Of a DNA stretch of 29,519 nt, positions 23,862-29,519 are shown piece by piece. The notes beneath the pieces are model-generated. The model did no database searches. It was given only the letters and a program-made list of their open reading frames with translations, and was not told the DNA's origin. This DNA comes from an uncultured Candidatus Saccharibacteria bacterium (GTDB lineage Bacteria; Patescibacteriota; Minisyncoccia; Phycocordibacterales; Phycocordibacteraceae). Position numbers and translations under genes: made by a program. The stretch's first letter is position 1, and each line of letters begins with the position of its first letter. The stretch is taken from contig CAYHIQ010000002.1 of assembly GCA_964356775.1 (NCBI GenBank), forward strand, positions 1 through 29,519, read 5' to 3'.

Positions 23862-25780
23862 AAACCAAACTGAAACGACCGCAGGGCAATCGTTCGCGCA
23901 CCCTCTTCCTGCTCTATGAGTTGGGGCATATTGACGGGCTCGAGCGTCTCTTCCGCAATCAGCCGCATGAGCGCGCGGGCTCGCTCACGGTAGCATTGTC
24001 GCTCGATATAGAGGAGGAATTGAGAAAAAGGAATATCCCTTTTTTTTCAGGATGCGACTATAAAAAGATCGCACCTGATTTGCTGACGGCGCAGGATGCA
24101 ATGATGGACGCGTTTTTTGCTGATCCGCGATGGAAGCTCTTTACCTATCGCGGCATCGAACTCCGGACAACATTTCTCTTCATGTTTCGCGCGTACTTTC
24201 AGAGGGTGTGGTATTACGGCAATCTGCTCATTTCTATCCTCGAGGCTCATCCAGAGGCGGAGCGTCTCGCCGTATTTGCTCCGAGTGGCATGCTGTCGAG
24301 TGTCGCGGGCGGCCTTTCGCATCGCGAGCGGGAAGTGGTTATTGATTGTGCAAAAATAGTTGCGGCAAGGTCTGGTATGCCGGTCACGGTCGTGCCGTCC
24401 GATCGCGTCAGCGAGGCGCTCCACGACCGTTTTAGACTTTTCTTTTTTACGGTGCAACGAATGCTGTTCGGTTTTTCGCTTGCGGTATGGAATGCGTCTA
24501 TTGCGTTTCTATGTCGCCCCCGTCGCCCTCGCCTACTTATAAGCGATCATTGGAGGAATGTCGGCTCGACCATCGAGCTTCTTAAGGAAGGGGAGTGCAT
24601 TTTCCTCGATCGTCAGGAGATACGCCATATTCCCTGGCGCATGCTTTTGCGTTATCGGATGCATTTCGTGCACAGCGAGGATTTCGTATCGCGAAGTATG
24701 CGAAAACGTGCTCAGAAATCCGCGCAGGAATTTGCACGGGAGTGGGATACTCTGCGTTCCGATATCGACCCCGTCTTCATGTTCCGAGGATACTCATTCG
24801 ATGCTCTTTTGGTGCAGGCGGTTGACGATATTGTTCGCGGATTCGGAAAGTTGTTGCGTGAGATCGAGGGTACGTATGCGCTCTATGAACATTTCAAGCC
24901 CGATGTCGTCCTGCTGCGCGCGAGCGTGAGCGGACAAACGCATTTTTCCATTCTGCCGCTCGTCGCAAGAGAAAAACACATACTCTCCTTGGAGCTGCAG
25001 CACGGACTTGAATATCTCGGACCCGGTTCCTGGTCGCGCGAGCATGCGGCCGAACATATCGCCTCGTATGGGCCGCTCGTGAAGGAAGAACTTGTTTCGG
25101 CAGGGCACGCTCCGGAGCGCGTGCATGAGATTGGCTCGCCGCGTTTTGACGATCTGTCACGGATACCGGCTGTCGAGGGAAGTGGCGGACGCTCGCTTAC
25201 GGTACTGTGCATTTCTCCCGATATCCGTGTCTTCGAAATATATGATTCCTACAGCGCTGAGGATTATTTCACCACCGTAGCAGCGGCGATTGAGGCGCTC
25301 GGGGATGTGCGAACGATTATCAAATTCAGGCCGGGATCTCCTGACGAAGATCCGCTCCGCCTGATCGCCGCGAAGGCCTTTTCGAGGGTGCCGTACGTAG
25401 CGGCATCTTCCGAACCGCTTTCAGGTCTGTTCGATCAGGCGGATATTGTCGTCTCGTGCTATTCGACCGTGGCCCTAGAAGCCCTTCAGCGCGGTATGCC
25501 GGTCATCGTCCCTTCTCTGAATTCCGTCGATGCAGCGGTGGTACGCTTCCATTTCTCTCGTTATGTTGACGCGGGAGCGCTTCGCATCGCTTCGACTCAA
25601 GAGGAACTCGCCGCTTCGCTTGCGGAACTCGAAGCGAATCCTGCGCTGCGGAGCGACATGGGGGAGCGAGCTCGAGCATTCATTGACCGAAATTTCAGCT
25701 TTGACGGGCACTCGTCATCCCGATGTGCCGCTCTTATAATGGAGCTCGCTGATCGCTCGATGTCTTCCGTGCCGGAATAA
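23858..25780 (+). CDS. Hypothetical protein with C-terminal GT-B-like domain (CDP-glycerol transferase / nonulosonate or Kdo transferase-like); paralog 1
   Basis: LELQHGL, IGSPRFD, IIKFRP, ADIVVSCYSTVALEALQRGMPVI, FSFDGHSS. Confidence 0.55.
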   Translation: MKTKLKRPQGNRSRTLFLLYELGHIDGLERLFRNQPHERAGSLTVALSLDIEEELRKRNIPFFSGCDYKKIAPDLLTAQDAMMDAFFADPRWKLFTYRGIELRTTFLFMFRAYFQRVWYYGNLLISILEAHPEAERLAVFAPSGMLSSVAGGLSHREREVVIDCAKIVAARSGMPVTVVPSDRVSEALHDRFRLFFFTVQRMLFGFSLAVWNASIAFLCRPRRPRLLISDHWRNVGSTIELLKEGECIFLDRQEIRHIPWRMLLRYRMHFVHSEDFVSRSMRKRAQKSAQEFAREWDTLRSDIDPVFMFRGYSFDALLVQAVDDIVRGFGKLLREIEGTYALYEHFKPDVVLLRASVSGQTHFSILPLVAREKHILSLELQHGLEYLGPGSWSREHAAEHIASYGPLVKEELVSAGHAPERVHEIGSPRFDDLSRIPAVEGSGGRSLTVLCISPDIRVFEIYDSYSAEDYFTTVAAAIEALGDVRTIIKFRPGSPDEDPLRLIAAKAFSRVPYVAASSEPLSGLFDQADIVVSCYSTVALEALQRGMPVIVPSLNSVDAAVVRFHFSRYVDAGALRIASTQEELAASLAELEANPALRSDMGERARAFIDRNFSFDGHSSSRCAALIMELADRSMSSVPE

Positions 25781-25788
25781 TTTTCCTT

Positions 25789-27648
25789 ATGGTATCCCTT
25801 TTACGCGAGATATTCATTGCCTACGAGTCCGAGCATATTAATGAAGCGCACTCCCGCGCTGAAGCGGGCGCGACCATCATCGTCTTCAATTTCTTAGTCG
25901 AGTGCGAACTTAAGGAAAGAGGCGTTCCCTACATCTCGCTGCGCGACATCATCGATATGAAAGCGGAGGAAGGGTATTGGTCGATACTCTCCCATGAAGT
26001 GGCTCGAGAATGGTACCGAATTCCCGTCATGATGTTTTTTACCTACGAGGGTATCCGGATTGCTGAGGCTCCGGAGCCGGTCATGCAAGCGTACTTAGCA
26101 CGACTTTTTTATTACGTGCTGGTATACGCCGCCATAAAAAAAGCGTATCCGAACGCACAGGTTTTCATTCCAGAGCCTTCCGTTCTCGGCGATTCTGCAG
26201 CCGCTGTCTGTCTCGCTCCGTTTGTGCAGTGGGCGGTCATCGACGCGGCGCGCATGGTCGGCCTTCGTTATTCTGCCCAAGGCTTCCGCACGGTGCCGGT
26301 ATATGTGCCGCCCAAGCTTTCGTGGAAGTGGCTCATCTTGCGTGCCTACAATCTGCTCGTCGGCTTTATCCCGCGCCGTGGTTTCAAAATATACGCGAGT
26401 GAATACTGGACGCACCTTGCACCCATCGTTCCTTACCTGCAAGATTCGGAGCTCATGCTTCTGGAGAGTAGCAGATTCACAAACATACCCTGGCGACAGA
26501 CTCTTACTCATCGCATCCGCATCTTTCATTCGCACGACGTATCGAGCAGGATAGAGGAGCGAGATACTATGCGGATTTCAGCGGAATTCGCGAACCAATG
26601 GAAAAACGCGAAGCAAGAGGTTGCGGAGTATCTCGCTTCCGTACGGGACGATCTCGATTGGAGTCCTGTGCTTGAAGCGTGCGAGTATCTCATCGCGTAT
26701 GCGCCGCGCGTCATTGCCGATATAAAAACGCTGCGCCGCATCATGCAAAAAGAAAAACCGGATCTTGTACTTCAGATGGCGTCCGTCGGCGGCCCAGAAC
26801 ACTACTTTTTCCTCATGGCGCAGGTCGCAAGGCAACTCCATATTCCTTCGCTTGAGCTCGAGCACGCCACTGCGACCATCGATCCCCGCTCGGTGTTTTG
26901 CCGGATCGAGACAGACTATCTTGCGACCTACGGCGAGGACGTGAATAGGTGGCATGAACGCATAGGGCACGCACCAGAGCGGCTTATTGCGGTCGGTTCG
27001 CCGCGCTTCGACCGTTACGTGAATGAGCGCACGCAAGGAGTCGAAAGAGGTAAGCGGATGCTTGCAGAGCTCGGGCTCGACACTGCGCGGCCGGTCCTTT
27101 TCGCGTCCATCCCGTTTTCCGATATGTATGTCGGTACACCCGATTCCTATCAGCTTGCGGAATTCTTCGAGACGATCCGCGAGGTTCAAGAAAAAGTGCC
27201 CGGTCTCCAAATTCTCTTTAAGTTCCGCAGTCGTTCCCATGTCGGCGCGATGCAGAAATATCTTCAGGAGTTGTTTCCTGTGGACGTGGCGATGGCCGCG
27301 GATGAGGATATCTTCGCGCTTCTGTGCGCGAGCGATGTCGCCGTATGTAATAATTCGACCGTAATTTATCAGGCGATTCTCTCAGGGAAGCCACTGGTCC
27401 TTTATCCATGGAAAGCGTTCGACTCATATCACGCGAAGGTGTATGCGCAGGAGATACCGCTCTTTTACAACGCTCGGGAAGTCATTGACAGTCTCGTTCG
27501 CATTTTTGGGGAAGTGTCTTATCAAGAAGAACTTCTAGTGCAACAGAGACAGTTTCTCCAGAGATATTCTTTTGATGGGAAGTCGTCCGAGCGTTTGGCG
27601 GCACTTCTACGGAAGCTGTCGAAGCGAGGTCGGGATGAAACTTTATAA
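25789..27648 (+). CDS. Hypothetical protein with C-terminal GT-B-like domain; paralog 2
   Basis: LELEHA, VGSPRFD, LFKFRS, SDVAVCNNSTVIYQAILSGKPLV, YSFDGKSS. Confidence 0.55.
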   Translation: MVSLLREIFIAYESEHINEAHSRAEAGATIIVFNFLVECELKERGVPYISLRDIIDMKAEEGYWSILSHEVAREWYRIPVMMFFTYEGIRIAEAPEPVMQAYLARLFYYVLVYAAIKKAYPNAQVFIPEPSVLGDSAAAVCLAPFVQWAVIDAARMVGLRYSAQGFRTVPVYVPPKLSWKWLILRAYNLLVGFIPRRGFKIYASEYWTHLAPIVPYLQDSELMLLESSRFTNIPWRQTLTHRIRIFHSHDVSSRIEERDTMRISAEFANQWKNAKQEVAEYLASVRDDLDWSPVLEACEYLIAYAPRVIADIKTLRRIMQKEKPDLVLQMASVGGPEHYFFLMAQVARQLHIPSLELEHATATIDPRSVFCRIETDYLATYGEDVNRWHERIGHAPERLIAVGSPRFDRYVNERTQGVERGKRMLAELGLDTARPVLFASIPFSDMYVGTPDSYQLAEFFETIREVQEKVPGLQILFKFRSRSHVGAMQKYLQELFPVDVAMAADEDIFALLCASDVAVCNNSTVIYQAILSGKPLVLYPWKAFDSYHAKVYAQEIPLFYNAREVIDSLVRIFGEVSYQEELLVQQRQFLQRYSFDGKSSERLAALLRKLSKRGRDETL

Positions 27649-27694
27649 CGGACTTTTGAGTTCAAGTGTGGTACAGTGTTGCACGATACAGGAT

Positions 27695-28705
27695 ATGCAA
27701 GAATTGCAAGGTAAAACAGTACTTATAACCGGCGGCACCGGGTCTTTCGGCAAGAATTTTGCCAAGCATATTCTCGCCAATTCGAAGCTGAAAAAGCTCA
27801 TTATCTTTTCCCGCGATGAGTTGAAGCAGTCGCAGATGCAGATGGAAATGACTGATGCTCGTCTCCGGTTTTTTATTGGCGACGTGCGCGATCTCCCTCG
27901 ACTTCAGCGCGCTTTTAATGGCGTTGATGTCGTCGTCCATGCCGCGGCGCTCAAGCAGGTACCGGCCCTTGAGTACAATCCGTTCGAAGCGGTCAAGACG
28001 AACATTCTCGGCAGTCAGAATGTTATTGAGGCAGCAATCGATCAGCAGGTAAAGAAGGTCGTGCTGGTATCGACCGATAAAGCGGCGATGCCAGCTAATC
28101 TCTATGGATCCACTAAATTATGCGCGGAGAAACTTTTTATCGCCGGTAATGCGTACAGCGATGACGGAAAGACGCGTTTCAGCGTCGTTCGTTACGGGAA
28201 CGTCGTTGGCAGTCGCGGAAGCATCGTCGAGAAGTTGCTGCTGAATAAGGGCGCACACACCGTGCACATTACTGATGAGCATATGACGCGCTTCTGGATA
28301 GATCTCGAGCAGGCGTTCAGTATAGTTCTTTTCGCTCTAGGACATATGGAGGGAGGCGAAATATTCATACCCAAGGCGCTTTCAATGAAATTGACGGATC
28401 TCTTCGACATTCTCGCGCCCATGGCAAAGCGCAACATCATCGGCATCCGTCCGGGAGAAAAGGTGCACGAAGTGTTGCTGACGAAGGAGGAGGCGCGCCA
28501 TGCGGTGGACTTTAAAGACTACTTTGTCATTTTGCCTGAGAATGTCAGTCAGATGAAACAAAAGAAAGGGCTGCAGAAATATCTCAAACAGAGCAAGCCG
28601 CTAAAGCCTGATTTCCAGTTTACGAGTGATACGACCGCCGGGCACATGTCGCAAAAGATGCTTCTTCAGATAGTCTCTCGTACGGAAGAGATCTTAAGAA
28701 CCTGA
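27695..28705 (+). CDS. pseB: UDP-N-acetylglucosamine 4,6-dehydratase (inverting), PseB/FlaA1
   Basis: ITGGTGSFG, IFSRDELKQ, FIGDVRD, VHAAALKQVP..EYNPFEAVKTN, STDKA..P.NLYG.TKL, VRYGNV.GSRGS, MTRFWI. Start moved to ATG 27695. Confidence 0.88.
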   Translation: MQELQGKTVLITGGTGSFGKNFAKHILANSKLKKLIIFSRDELKQSQMQMEMTDARLRFFIGDVRDLPRLQRAFNGVDVVVHAAALKQVPALEYNPFEAVKTNILGSQNVIEAAIDQQVKKVVLVSTDKAAMPANLYGSTKLCAEKLFIAGNAYSDDGKTRFSVVRYGNVVGSRGSIVEKLLLNKGAHTVHITDEHMTRFWIDLEQAFSIVLFALGHMEGGEIFIPKALSMKLTDLFDILAPMAKRNIIGIRPGEKVHEVLLTKEEARHAVDFKDYFVILPENVSQMKQKKGLQKYLKQSKPLKPDFQFTSDTTAGHMSQKMLLQIVSRTEEILRT

Positions 28706-29519
28706 TGATTCCTTACTCTACGCAAGACATCAACGAGGCGGATATTACGGCGGTCACGAAGGTGTTGCGCTCGGGATGGCTGACTCAGGGGCCAGCGATC
28801 GAAGGGTTCGAGAAAGCTATTGCGAAAAAAGTTGGTACGGGATTTGCGGTTGCTTTTAATTCTGGCACTGCTGCGCTCCACGCGGCGTATTTTGCCGCGG
28901 GTGTGGGGAAAGGGGATGAAGTTTTGGTACCTGCCATCACCTTTGCCGCAACTGGGAACGCCGCGCTCTATCTCGGCGCCACGCCCGTATTCGTGGATGT
29001 CGATCCTCTTACGGGAAATATGGATGTGAAGGACGCTGTGCGCAAGATAACCAAAAAGACGAAGGTCCTCGTGCCAGTTGATTATGCCGGTCGACCGACC
29101 GACCTCGCGGCATTCCGTGTACTCGCAAAGAAGCATAAACTGGTGCTGATAGAAGACGGCGCACAGAGTCTTGGCGCCTCCTATTGTGGCAAGTCGGTGG
29201 GTTCACAGGCCGACATGACCATGTTCAGCTTCCATCCGGTAAAGTCCATTACTACGGGAGAAGGTGGCGTTATCGTGACGAGCGATGAAGCGTATGCACG
29301 AGCACTACGACTATTTCGCAGTCACGGTATCACGCGTGATCCGCATTTCGTGAAAGAGAGTGAGGGTCCGTGGCACCAAGAGATGCACGCGCTCGGGGAA
29401 AATTATCGTATTACCGATATGCAAGCGGCACTCGGAGAAAGTCAGCTCAAGCGCCTCGGCTCGTTCATCAAGAAGCGTTCCGCTGCGGCACGCCGATATC
29501 CGAAACTGCTTAAAAATCT
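28705..29519 (+). CDS. pseC: PLP-dependent sugar aminotransferase (DegT/DnrJ family), PseC-like; partial, runs off the window
   Basis: Translated by hand from ATG 28705 (TGATG overlap with pseB): MIPYSTQDI...WLTQGP...NSGTAALH...VDYAGRP...IEDGAQSLGA...FSFHPVKSITTGEGG...NYRITD. Absent from the ORF track because there is no stop in the window. Confidence 0.88.
   Translation, partial: MIPYSTQDINEADITAVTKVLRSGWLTQGPAIEGFEKAIAKKVGTGFAVAFNSGTAALHAAYFAAGVGKGDEVLVPAITFAATGNAALYLGATPVFVDVDPLTGNMDVKDAVRKITKKTKVLVPVDYAGRPTDLAAFRVLAKKHKLVLIEDGAQSLGASYCGKSVGSQADMTMFSFHPVKSITTGEGGVIVTSDEAYARALRLFRSHGITRDPHFVKESEGPWHQEMHALGENYRITDMQAALGESQLKRLGSFIKKRSAAARRYPKLLKN

Noticed and set aside
7055-24047. Phase-variable homopolymers (T8 7055-7062, A8 22051-22058, T8 24040-24047)
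   Set aside because: The runs are short A/T tracts encoding Phe/Lys in frame; no G/C run longer than 6 was noticed and no gene appears frameshifted.
27669-27677. Extended -10-like TGgTACAGT upstream of pseB
   Set aside because: It lies 17 nt from the ATG, unlike the 7-8 nt pattern, with no convincing SD; plausible but too weak to call.
155-27694. Long N-terminal extensions in the ORF track (155, 10691, 10980, 16622, 18606, 20230, 21132, 27572)
   Set aside because: They overlap neighbouring genes or precede the family's normal N-terminus; downstream starts fit the motifs and the coupling or promoter spacing.
158-29206. Many 60-220 aa alternative-frame and antisense ORFs (e.g. 3209..3799 -, 11265..11858 -, 20791..21366 -, 26578..27240 -)
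   Set aside because: All lie within well-supported genes, show no recognisable motifs, and are expected shadows at this GC content.
1-29519. Alternative genetic code (TGA=Gly, code 25) as in Gracilibacteria/Absconditabacteria
   Set aside because: TGA terminates many full-length genes at ATGA overlaps, and the proteins are intact under code 11.
1-29519. CRISPR arrays, tRNA/rRNA, IS elements, intrinsic terminators
   Set aside because: Intergenic gaps are at most ~80 bp; no repeat-spacer pattern, cloverleaf, transposase motif or GC hairpin plus U-tract was seen by eye.

Overview
A densely packed surface-glycan locus, almost entirely on the + strand, that runs off the right edge. Gene content and style (soluble VirD4/TraD-like ATPase next to ComEA, little obvious Shine-Dalgarno signal, ATGA stop/start overlaps, -10 boxes 7-8 nt before start codons) suggest a Patescibacteria/CPR (Parcubacteria-like) genome; this assignment is inference. 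Order: tail of an upstream gene; VirD4/TraD-like ATPase; ComEA-like HhH protein; a GT4 series with SAM methyltransferases, including a GT4-GT4 fusion; a GT47/exostosin-like protein; a GtrA / NAD-epimerase / GT2 / GT-C-like module; an inverted MBOAT + SGNH(DltD/AlgJ-like) pair; a divergent AcpS-FkbH-ACP-MaoC-SDR-GT9 operon; two paralogous ~620-640 aa GT-B-like proteins; then pseB and a partial pseC. The best candidate for an undescribed system is a self-contained, Dlt/Alg-like ACP-dependent acylation machine. It could build a glyceryl-, pyruvyl- or lactyl-ACP from 1,3-bisphosphoglycerate and transfer it to a surface glycan, possibly a pseudaminic-type one. All calls are from motif reading by eye; no database searches were run.
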